Positions 32,801 through 45,000 of a stretch of 64,000 nucleotides of DNA are shown piece after piece; the stretch's first letter is position 1, and the number at the start of each line of letters is the position of its first letter. The notes beneath the pieces were generated by a model. The model made no database searches. It saw only the letters and a program-made list of their open reading frames with translations, and was not told the DNA's origin. The stretch is from Phoronis australis (lineage: Eukaryota > Animalia > Phoronida). The stretch covers positions 1,015,556 to 1,079,555 of the forward strand of contig NMRA01000028.1 in assembly GCA_002633005.1 (NCBI GenBank). Reading direction: 5' to 3'. The translations under genes and the position numbers were made by a program.

Positions 32801-33910
32801 AGGGCAGTGCGTTTAAATGTCCCCAACGCGACCCAACGACCGTTAGTGGTGTAGCATTGTTTAAAAATAAGTTCTATTGACACGGTCTGGGTTGATAAGC
32901 ACACGAGCAAATAGGGAACAATTTTATTAATCCTTTTCATATTTTCTTCAACTATTGTGCACATATTTGTACTCTATTCACTGTGGGGAATGGAAACAAA
33001 CAAAGGGACCGTTGATTACAAGGGAAGGGGGTGATCTACTGCTTTATAATGGTTTACACATTTAATGAAGTTAAAACTGTTTGCTAAGATTGACCAGGGT
33101 CAATTTTGGTTGAGCAATTTCTGACTATAGTCGAAATTGTTAAATTGATTATGGGAAGTAATTTAGTGGAAAACGCTTTTCATCATCGTTCAAATCTTGC
33201 AGCAATATTGGTCGTCGCTCAGATTGTCCGTATTGTCCACTGAAACGTCTGAGTTTAAACTTTTCAATTTTCACACATTCTTCTGCAGTTTAATTCAAGT
33301 CATCAACCAAATTTACAAAGATGTTTACAGCATCTGGCTTCAGATACTTAGAAGATTCTTTAGTAGACTTGTCACCCCCGTATGTCGAATGACAGTGGCG
33401 GATATATTTGAATGGGCTGGCATTGTTATCTTACAGTGGGTGGTGCTTAAGATGACGTCACCTGTCAATCACTTCTTCAGGTAGTAATGCAAAGCTGTAA
33501 GACGGCGTAAGCTACGGTTGTGGATTCAGAACTTTGGATTAAGCGTGGATTAAATCCGGATTCCAGCTTTAGTAACATAATATATCGTGGATTTTACATT
33601 CCATAAATCATTGAAGATAACTTCTGTGGAACTTCATAACGATTATAAACAGTCTGCCGCCGAGCTGTAGCCAACAGACGATAGTTATGTCGCACCTGTG
33701 AACGTGAACTGTTGTGTGTGTACGCTGGACATGGTGATCGTCGCTTGTAAACGTCCAGCTTGAATGAAACGGGTTGGTGTTGAGGCCGAATCCGGATATA
33801 GATTCTGTCGGATTAGTGCCTAACAATGGACAATTAGCTCTGACGAGAGATCGAAGCTTTATTTCGACAACCGCGATCATATTGGTCGTGGACCGTCAAA
33901 AGTAGGCTCT

Positions 33911-36900
33911 ATGTCGCAAAGGACGTTATCGGACCCGGGGTCCACGGTGAAACATGCGTGGCCCCCATTCAGGACTTCGGACAAATATATCTATCTTATT
34001 CTCATACTATTCCTCTGCACATTTGCTCAAGGGCAGGGACCAGGTGACAACACATACACGTTTGATATATTAGAAAACAAGCCTCCACTTACAGAAGTTG
34101 GATCAATACGTACTCTGCCAGGAAAAACGTATATTCTAGCCACTCCTACACAAAATTTCTCCATAAATTCTGCAACGGGATTGATAACGACGAAAACGAC
34201 ACTTGATCGAGAGGAAGCTACAAAAGTTGCCCTCGTTGTACGCGGAAGTGATCCTGTGTATCTTATAGAGGTTACCATAAACATTTTAGACGTGAATGAT
34301 AATGCACCTGCATTTCCACAACCCGTAGTGGAAGTTCATTTTGTGGAGAACAACGTCGTAGGAACTCGAAAGATTCTACACACTGCTCTTGACAAGGATT
34401 CAGGAGTATTTGGAACTGTTTCGGGCTATCAAATAATATCCGGCAATGATGAGAACAAGTTTGATCTTGACTTTGAACTCACTGATTTCTCCACATACTT
34501 TTTCTTAGTCAACAAAGTGACATTTAACAGAGAAGACAAAGCCTCGTATATATTGAATATTTCAGCTCATGATGGTGGTAACCCACCCCTTTACTGTTAC
34601 TTAACAGTTAACGTCATCATTGATGATACCAATGACAATGCTCCAGTATTTCTGCCAAGCACTTATTCCGTCACTGTCAATGAGAGTACTCCTGCAGGAA
34701 CCTCCATTCTGAAGGTACAAGCTACTGATCAAGATATTGGACCAAATGGTGAAATCACATACAACATCTCCAATGAGTTTAACTTATTTGCAATAGACGA
34801 ATACACTGGAGTCGTCACCACTCGGGATACATTGAACTGTCCTAATTATCAATGTTCAGCTACAATATTAGCGACAGATCGTGGTGCTCAGGGGTTGAAT
34901 GGTCGCGCTTATTTAACTGTGGTTATTGAGGATGAGAATGACCACCGCCCTGTCATCTCTTTTACGCCCTTAATGGGTGGCAAAAATCGGGATTACATAG
35001 CAGTAAATGAGAGCATAAAACGTGACCAACCCCTGGCGGTCATACAAGTGACTGATAAGGACCGAGGTAGAAATGCTCAAACAAACCTTACTCTGTTGAG
35101 TGGAAATGAAGAGGGACACTTCAAAATAAGAATTATTCCACGAGTTGGTGGCATCTTGCTGACCGCAAGCGCGTTAGACCGTGAACGTATTTCCACGTAC
35201 AATCTGACATTCATTGCTGTGGACTTTGGCAATCCTCCGCTTGAAAGCCGTGCATTTCTTATCATTCATGTCACTGATGCTAACGACCATAGCCCACAGT
35301 TTGAGAAATCCAGCTACAGCAGTTCTCTCAGTGAACTTGCTCCTATTGGTAGTTTTGTTATGGGAGTAACAGCGAGAGATGACGATGATGGTCTAAATGC
35401 GAAAATAAAGTATGTTATACTATCAGGCAATCAGCTGGGATGGTTCAGAATTGATGAGGAAACTGGCCTTGTAACCACGGCGAAAGATCTAGATAGAGAG
35501 GTGTTGTTGTCGAACCCGTATATTGTATTGAACATATCTGCTCAAGATGGTGGAATACCGTCATTCACGGCCCATGCAACATTGACTGTTTTCATTCAGG
35601 ATGAAAATGACCAAACTCCGACATTCGCACAAACCGTGTATACAGTTACTCTCTCAGAAGCTGACCGTCCAAATACACATGTCATCACATTGACGGCCAC
35701 TGACAATGATCAAGGTCTCAACGGGACTGTCATTTACGCCTTTGCCAATGACGTAGAAGTCAACTACCCAGGGAAGTTCAAACTAAACCCATCAAGTGGC
35801 GATATTCGAACGTTGGTGAAGCTTGATCGGGAACAGTCGCCATCATATGTCATCAAGGTGATTGCTAGCGACCAGGGTAGCAACCGTTTGACCTCGACTG
35901 CTACAGTTGTTGTTAATGTGACAGATTTAAATGACAATCCACCAGTGTTCTATCCCAGCCAGTATTACCAGAGTATCATAGAGAACCAGCCCTTGGGTGT
36001 TTCTGTTGTTCAGGTACAAGCGTCAGATTCTGATGCTGGTGATAATGCCAAAATCAGTTATTCTATTGCCAGTGGCGCTGATGGAAAATTCACCATTGAT
36101 GCCACTTCTGGCTGGATAACCACTCTGCAGTCATTGCGGCGACAACAGAAAGACTCCTACACGCTTGAAATCAGAGCCATTGACCATGGCACGCCGGCCA
36201 AATCCTCACCATCAAGCGCTTTGGTTGTTGTCAACGTAATTCGTGAATCACAAAATACACCTCCCACATTCAATTCTACCAGTGGATACCTGTTCAGTGT
36301 TGTTGAAGACAATGGTGAAACGTCCTTATCCAGGAGATGGGTTGGTGCCTTGCGGGCACAGTTTCAAGATGGTTCCTCTGTCACATATTCAATCACTGGT
36401 GGCGATCCATATGGCAACTTCGAGATCTCCTCTGGAGTGATCAGAACTGCCAAGCTGATCGACCGGGAAAAAATCAGCCATTATATGTTGACAGTCACTG
36501 CCAGTGGAGGACTGGTTCATGGAGAGACCACTGTCAATATTACCGTTGTTGACCTGAATGATAATTACCCACAGTTCCCTGTGCCTACTGCAAAAGTCTA
36601 TGTAGTTGAGAACTGGCCGATAGGACATGAAGTGTATTTGGCCTCGGCTAAAGACTCAGATGAAGGCTCTAATGCCCTTCTGTCCTACAGGATGGTAAGT
36701 AGCTCACCTGGAATTTTTGACATCAATTCATCAACTGGCATGATCTTTCTAAGCCAGCCCGTCAGTCTTGGCACCGCTTACACACTCACTGTGACAGCTA
36801 CGGATTCTGGCCAGAAGTCCTCTGACTTCTCATTGGACATTGTAGTCACAGATGTAAATGACCACTCACCTGTATTTAGTCGTAATATCTACGAGTTCTC

Positions 36901-39061
36901 AGTGGACGAATCGCGTGATGTCAATTACCGGTTTGCACAAGTCACTGCAACTGATTTGGACCGAGACCTGAATGGTAAAGTGACATACTCCATAACTGTC
37001 GGCAATGTTGGTGCCTACTTTGGCATTTTTCCTGACGGCATTTTGTACATCGCCAAAGCTCTCGATCGGGAAACACGCGACCAGTTTCTGCTCACAGTCA
37101 AAGCTGTTGATCACGGTGTGGAAGTCCGCTCGGCACTTGTAAATGTATCTATACATGTGACCGATGCCAATGACAATGTCCCCATGTTTAGCAATGGCAC
37201 ATACGATTTTTACATCGAGGAGAATTCAGCAGCAGGAACTGATGTTGGTACGGTGAGCGCCACAGATTTTGATCTCGGTCGGAACTCGGAGTTGACCTTC
37301 TCGATTGTGGATAGCAACGATGCATTTGAGATTGACCCTTTGTCTGGGGCAATACAAAGTCTCAGTATGTTTGATCGTGAATCTGTAGCTGGTGACATGG
37401 TTCAGTTTAAAGTTAGAGTGACAGACAATGGATTAGAGCGGTTGAACTCGACTTGTCTTGTAAGGGTTCATGTCATTGATGTCAATGATAACCCACCTGT
37501 TTTCTCACAATTATTGTATACAGCCAAAATAAAAGAGAACGCGATTATTGGCAGCCTAGTGGCTCGTGTTAACACTACGGACAAGGATATAGGTCGTAAC
37601 AAATACGTGTTTTACACCATCACATCGGGAAATGAAGGTGGAGAATTTGCATTGAATCGTTCCACTGGCCAATTAATACTGAAACGGAGGTTAGACCGTG
37701 AAACCAAGCACATTTATGAGTTGACTATCTTAGCCACTGACACGGCCGAGACTGACGCTCTCAACGCAACTGCCACCGTCCGTGTTCAGGTGTTGGACTT
37801 CAACGATAATAGACCTGTTTTTAACTGTAGTGCTCATCCGTGTTCCGTCGACGTGCCAGAATCGACAAGTCCTGGAACGTCGATTGGAACCGTTGTCGCC
37901 ACAGATGCCGACTATGGCAGTAATGCGGCTGTAAGTTACTCTATTGCTGCTGGTAACACTCCCGAGACATTCAACATAAATGCCGATTCTGGGGTTATCT
38001 ACCTTCTAGGAACTCTCAACTATGACAATGTGAATGAATACAAGCTGACCATTAAAGCAAGTGATTCTGGCGATCCGCAACAAACAGCATTCGTTGAGTT
38101 CACCGTTCGAGTTGTTGATCACAACGATCCTCCAGTATTCCCTTCTGGATCGAATATTATAAATATGATGGAGAACACCGGACCAAATGCTTATGTTACT
38201 ACGATTACCGCTAATGATCCAGACTTTGGAGTGAATGGTCAGCTAACGTACTCAATCAAATCGCAGAATCCGTCTGGCAACTATTTCCGCATTGAAGCTT
38301 CTACTGGCAAAATTTTTACCAACAAGAATGTTGACCGCGAGATGAGCAGCTTTTACGATCTTACTATCATTGTGGTTGATGGAGCTGCAAATCCATTGTC
38401 TGCGGAAGAGACCATCACTGTGAATGTACAAGACAAGAATGACAACTCCCCTGTGTTTGTTTCCATGAATGCCGCTATCATCTCTGCCGGAGCATCCTCA
38501 GGCTCAGCTGTAATGACAGTAAGAGCAGAAGATCCCGACGATGCCGCCAATGGTAAAGTTACATACACTGTGACCAGTGATTTATTCCAAATAAACACAA
38601 ATGATGGACATCTCACCTTGAAAAGAACTATCAGTGGTTCGCCAATGACACATTTGGTAACCATTACGGCGAAAGATGGTGGCTCACCACCGATGTCCAC
38701 CACCTCAACACTGACGGTGATTGTACGGTCATCAACCAATAACAATCAGTTGTCATTTGGAAGCTCCGGGTATTCAGGCCAAGTGAGTGAAAACCAGCCT
38801 TCAGGAACCTCTATTGTTACCGTGACAGCAACGAATCCTTCAAATTCTCGGCCACAGATCCAGTACTATGTTACTAACGTATCTGTCAATGGTGCCCAAC
38901 AGCCTAAACCGGGACGTTATTTCCAAATCAATGCCCAGACCGGAGTACTTACCACAGCAGAAGTCTTGGATAGGGAAGAGGATTCTGTGATTAATAACTT
39001 TTCAGTGGAAGTTTACGCCATCGACAAAGGTTCTACTACACCACAGACAAAGAAAACCGAT
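33911..39061 (+). CDS. FAT4: FAT4 coding exon 1 (5,151 nt, 1,717 codons, signal peptide plus about 16 cadherin repeats)
   Basis: ORF 33911..39193; cadherin similarity ends at KKTD, coinciding with strong donor GAT|gtgagt. Confidence 0.95.
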
Positions 39062-42000
39062 GTGAGTAGTTTCGTACAATATGTTTTAATATTCTGCTTT
39101 CAATCCGTGTGCTCTCATTGGTCAGAAATTGACCGGGTGCTATTGATTGTCTCATTTTTGGTCTTACTTCAGGTGTTAATTTTTAAAATATAAACTCTCC
39201 TTTCGTGCACTGAAACTAGTACAAATAGTAGACACTGTACATCTGTTCAGCTATGTAGTCCAGTTGTAGGACCCAATAATCCTTGGCTATAAATTTTCCC
39301 GGTTCAGTCAGCATGACCATTATGCACAGGTGTTCCTTTGAATGAATTTAATTTGAAGTATACTGAAGTCACAGTTGGAGATAGAGAAATAGTTGAAATT
39401 GAAAATTAGAACTTTAAAGATATCACCCGTCTCTGTTTTATGAGGGCATGGTGCCATTCAGCTCTAGTATATACACGAGTGGCAAAAGCGCTAGTAGTTT
39501 CACTAGTGAAAATGCCAACATTTTTGGGAGAGAAGAAAGGTTTCTGTGAAGGGGTCATTTTTACCATCAAATTACTCCCTCACCTTTCAATTCCTTATTG
39601 GTGAAAAGCATAACATTCACTCTCTGCCTAAAATTGATTAATACTAGCCCCAACAAAGGCCTCTTTCTTCTTCGCATGTGTCTGAGCACAAAAGTTCCAT
39701 GGGCGAAAAGTCCAGTAGTTTTGAAATAACTCATATTGCCAACGAAATGACACTTGTAACTGTTCTTGTGACTGGCGATTTTACCAGCAAAAATGCTTGT
39801 TGTAATAGTTAGTGAATGGGGGTATTAGGTTGAAGCAAAAACTGCTATTGTCCCTGCATTCTGTATGTAAAATGCATGTAAGTTGTCTAGCTTCCAGTCA
39901 TAGAGAAATTTTGCTGGATGTGTTGTTTCCCCACTGAAACTTTCATTCATTCACCCAAAGTTTAAATATTTGCTTTTTTAAGATCCTTGGCCTTTTAGAG
40001 AACATTTTAAAACCACGTCTTGTAAAAATTGCACAGCCGCGTACGTCATTGGTCAAATATGAACAAGCTCTATTTGCCTAGCCTTAACGACAATTGAAGT
40101 AGTCAGTGAGTAATACAGATTTTCAGTTCACTGGAGTGGGTTAGGTTCAGACAGATTTTACCTGGTGCTCTGACACGTATTGGAGTTCACCTACTCAACA
40201 ATGTCTTCTTGAAGTAAAAACTTGAACTATATCAGTTGTTATTTTCATGTATACTTTTTATGTTTTAACCTGACTGTAAGTGTAAGGATTATTAATTTCT
40301 AAGGTTTAAGAGTGGCATTCCTTCTATATTAAATTGTGCTCTGTTTTTTTTTCAAATGTGGGTCCTATTGAATTAAGATGCTCTCAAATGTTTAATTGAA
40401 CAAGTACTTGTCTCGCTTAATGTTTATCTGGATCTAATAGGATTTTCAAAGCAATGCTTGACATTTGAGAGTTTTGAATTAATTTAAATATTTTGAATCG
40501 GATGGGATAATTTCCCTAGGTTACTCACTACAGTAGAAATTGTAAAATTGTTGGTCTGTGACCAGTTGCAGTCTTGTTGATGGCCACTGTGTACTGGACT
40601 GTGTTCGGTGTCTTCATTTGCTGTGAAAACTTAATGATGTTGGGCACATACAGTCTATTGTGATAGTAGACATTTAGTACAAGACATTCTTTGTCGCAGC
40701 TGTCAATGAAAATTACCCTACATGTTCATAAAATCATATTGCGCTGCTGACCATGTGATGATTTTCTATTGTCCTAAACTTCATGCTGTCGGTCCCTGGG
40801 GAGCTTGGCACCTTGGCTTTTTTATTTGGTTTCAAATTTTAATGAAAATCTATTCAGTAGCTGGTTTATTATAGGTGTAAAAATGGCTGCTCATGAAAAA
40901 ATAATTGAAATACACTCTGATGGGTGTACGGTTTCCTCATAACGCTTCACTGATCTTGTTTGGTTGTTGAGAAAAAATTCCAAGTTGCTTCTTTCTGGAA
41001 TTCAATATGCCTCGAGAATATGTGGTTGCTATAAAACTTTAGGCTTCAAGTGCAGGATCACTACCTCACCCTTGTAGCAATTGTGTAAACCTGAAAGCTT
41101 TTCCAAAACCTTAGGTGTTTCTGCTGTTTTGTAAAGTTTAGCATTATTCCTGTCTGATGAGTTGGGCGATTCATCCACCATTCAGAAAGTTGATGTTCCT
41201 GCTGTGTGAATGAGTCATTAAGTGGGCTCCCAGCATGCACACAGGATAGCTAAACCTCAATTTTAGACATGGACATTGTGAGCAACAATGGACAGAATTT
41301 GAAAAGGTTCTGCTTGTTTGTTCCAGGGTAGTTTCAATCTTTTGTAGGTCATGACAGGCCTAATTGGAAAGGAATTTTTGACACCTCTGTTTGTTAGAAC
41401 ACTTTAGTTAAAAAAAGACATTTATCTCCTTGTGGAAGGGATTGTTTAAAAGTTATGTGTTAGTTTTTTCGAATTGAAAAAAGGAATCGTAACATATTTA
41501 TACTAATATGGTTTAGTTGGTTTGGTAATGTTAACGTAGTTGGTTAATTCTTGTTAAAACAGATCTAAAATAGCCCATATTGCTACGTGATTTTTTAGAA
41601 CCTCATGTTAGATCTGACTGGGTATGTTTCAATTTACAGTATCGACATGAATTAATTTAGTTTGCTGTGGGAGGTCTTGAAGTTCTTCTACTTTACTCTG
41701 GTGGCTGTCATCCTCGCATATTACTGAGACAAGAAGCTGTCCCTGGTCATTCCAGACTTTTGTAATGAGTCTCTGCCTTAATATTAGTCGGGCTAAATAA
41801 ACAGAGCACCAAAAGGATTGACAGTCAGCTTATCCAAAGTGACCCACCTCAGTGCCTAAGGTGCATACCTCCCTTTTCCATTTGAGCAAAATTTGTTTAT
41901 TGAAGTTTCCAAGTGATAGGACTTTTAGCAAACAGTGGGCTTTCTCCATCCCGCAAGGTGATACTGCTAAACGGAACTCTGTAATGTCCCACCCAACAAG

Positions 42001-45000
42001 GTCGCAGACTTTACCAGTCACTTGTGGTATTAAAATCGGCCATTTTGTACTCATAGTGTTCCTATTTGTATTCAGTGAAGGTTCAGAGGGGAATTCAATG
42101 GAAATCTTTGGAAGCATTCACACAGCTCATAATCTACCATTGTAACCAGCTTTCAAAAGAAGTCCTTAAATTCAAATCTGGAATGAATAGTGGCCCTACA
42201 AAAGGTCTACTACTATGCATTTTATATTAGCATATATAGTTATTGTAGTGTGGGATCCCTTTAATTTTATAGTAGGGTTTCCATTACAGTGTCCAAAATG
42301 CTATCAATGTGTTTCTACCTTGCATGTTACATTGATTTCTATGTTAACCAGAAGGACTTTTTTGTCTAGTTTAAATAATATTTATTTGGAGAAAATCTGC
42401 AATCAATATTTTTAAATCTTTCTGGTGAGTTCACGTTGGTGTATGTTTTTGTTCACATTTTTGTAAGACTGCAGGAAGTGTACTTCTAATGAGCTTTTAT
42501 TCAGTTATTTTGAGAGTCACAACAATTGTTTACTGTAAATATATTTTCACTACTTCAGTTCAATTCTGGTTTAGTTCCATTTTGAGCATTCCTTGACCCT
42601 GGTAGGTTGGGTGGATAATGTTCAGAGTTAACAAACCCAAGATATGATGTGGATATTCAATATTAAGTATATGGATTATCCACAAAATCAACATGTCAAG
42701 GGTGCTTGAAATGAAGAAGATCACAATTTTGTTTATATTACACACGCATCTCCCAACCCCTATCTCTGTGTGAAACATGCTCAGCATCTTGTCTAATTTT
42801 TTTTTAATAAAATGCTTTGGTTTCGGAAAAACGATTCACCACTTCTCTCTAAATATATGATATATACTGTACATTGTCTTCGTTTTGTGTTCTTTGTGGT
42901 TGATGCCAATTATTGATAACCTTTCCTACTGTCCTAATACTTGTCTGATCTCTAGCTATGTCACTAAGCACATAGGATTGCTTATAATCTGTCATGACCC
43001 CCCTGTAGTTTTAAACATACCTAAATTTATAATTTGTTCAGCAATTAAAATTGCTTCAGCTAATTTACTAGCTTAATTCAAGTCTCAACCTGCTGGCAGG
43101 TGCTGCTGCCTTCATCCAGTTGCCTGGTAGAAGAATGACAAATACTTCTAAAATGCTGAGGCCACTGAAGTTGTATTTATGCTGTCTTGGTCGGTCAGAA
43201 TTTAAACTGCTTTTTAATAGCTTTTCTCTCATTCTTGTGTCATTCTCTCAGAGGTCTCGCTGTTAGAGCATGTCAAAACAAGGTGAAGCAACAGTAAATA
43301 AAGCCCAAATGGCCAGCTCAGCACTTAATACTGAGATTTCCCATAGTTTTTCAAATGTGCCAGCTGGTACCAAGCTAAAAGGGAGAGATGAACTTTCAAT
43401 ATTTGAAACAAATATTTGGGCAACACGCATTCATTTGTTAGTTTCCTTTATAACATTCTCTAGGCGACATCTGATGCAGGCATTGATTCTGAATTATGTT
43501 GTGAAAGGTGCCCAGAGAATTGTGAATAAACTACGGTATGAAGTATTTGATTTTTGTGTTGAACTAGTTGAGCCTTAAAATGTTTCACAGCATGTGATTT
43601 TGACAGTAATATAAGTACTGGACCTGGACGCTTGTGGTTGATGAGGGACTGAGGGCTTTCAGGACTGCTATAACACGATAAAATCTCATCAATTTGGGAC
43701 ACAAATTATTGCCAGAATTGGTATTTTTTCATTTTTATTTGTTGTGAACAATTTCTCAAAATCATGGTCTTATGATAACTGTGGCATAATTCTTTAAAAA
43801 TGGTATGACATTTGTTTGGTGCTTATCTTTTATGAAAAAAATGAAAAAAAAATCACTTGTCAGCCATATTGTGTCCTAAATTGGTGAGATTTTACTGTAG
43901 TTTAATGACACTGGTGTGTTTTTCATCTTGCCAAAAATGCGTTCTCTTTGAATGTAATTATTTGTGTGCGTTTTGTGGTGTTTATGATACTTATATGCAG
44001 ACGCACTAATTTTATGCAGTACGTTTGTTATTTTGAATCAAGGTTACAGTCAGTAATATGTCTATTTAATTTACCAGTTGAAGAACATTTTGAAATTGGA
44101 TGAGGTGTCTGTATTTGGTAAATGTCAAGCACCAGTTTATGGCTTCTCTGAAAGAAGGACTTCCTGTCTATATATTTCAATGAACAACAACACAGAACAT
44201 AAAAAATGTCCGACGTCAGCGCTAAGAAAATTACCTGATCAGAAGATCTCCTAATGGGTCTTTCTTTATATTTGAGTGAGATAAGAATGTTGTTCATTTG
44301 CGTTGTTTGTTCTCAGACAATCCTGCCAATTTGTCCTTTCTCTCTGAATGCCTAAAGCCGTGTATCAAATTTGTCATCTGTGCTCAGTTGGACAGAGTTT
44401 AGGTCTACTGTGATAAAAAATACTCCCCAGTCTGGTAGACAGTCTAAGCCTTTCTAATTGGATCATGTCTGCTGGCTTTTTTTCTGGCCACTGGCAGTTG
44501 TCATTGTTAGAGCCTTGTTATTAGGGGACCCAATATGGCTATTAGCCCCAGTAAAGATGATTTTAGCCTTGGGAGTTCACTGAAGTGGTCTGAAGATGGA
44601 ATTTAGATGAGCACTGTTGACACTGCATGCTGTTGAATTTGGGCGATTTATAGTTAACCATGAAAATATAAGACATGAGCCATGCAAAAACCCGGTAGCA
44701 GTATTGCCTTTAGTAAACATTCCTCTGTTTAGGACTCAATATGGCGGACAGTTGAAATGTCTTTTTGTCAAATAACGTACAGCGTTTGGTAATGTTTTGA
44801 GCATTTGTAGTAATGCTGTACTGATAGCTCCAGAAAAATAGAAAAGTGGTTATTTAATATTTTAGGAATTATTTTTTGTCCCAAAATGAATTTTTAACAT
44901 ATCTGTGCCGATATGTACGTATGTCTGTTGTCGTTCCTCGTGATCCAATACAACCACCATTTTTTCATCCATCTCAGCTAAAACAGTGTCTTTTCGGCAG

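Larger units (their letters stand above)
25982..33910. promoter_or_regulatory. Divergent intergenic region containing promoters and 5' UTRs of MYCBP2 and FAT4
   Basis: Inferred from head-to-head orientation; TSSs and any non-coding first exons cannot be located from sequence alone. Confidence 0.5.

Noticed and set aside
28068-33880. Short ORFs in the intergenic spacer as a third gene
   Set aside because: No recognisable domain and no chain of phase-compatible splice sites
34027-38745. Antisense and alternate-frame ORFs within FAT4 exon 1
   Set aside because: Expected shadows of a long coding exon; no recognisable motifs
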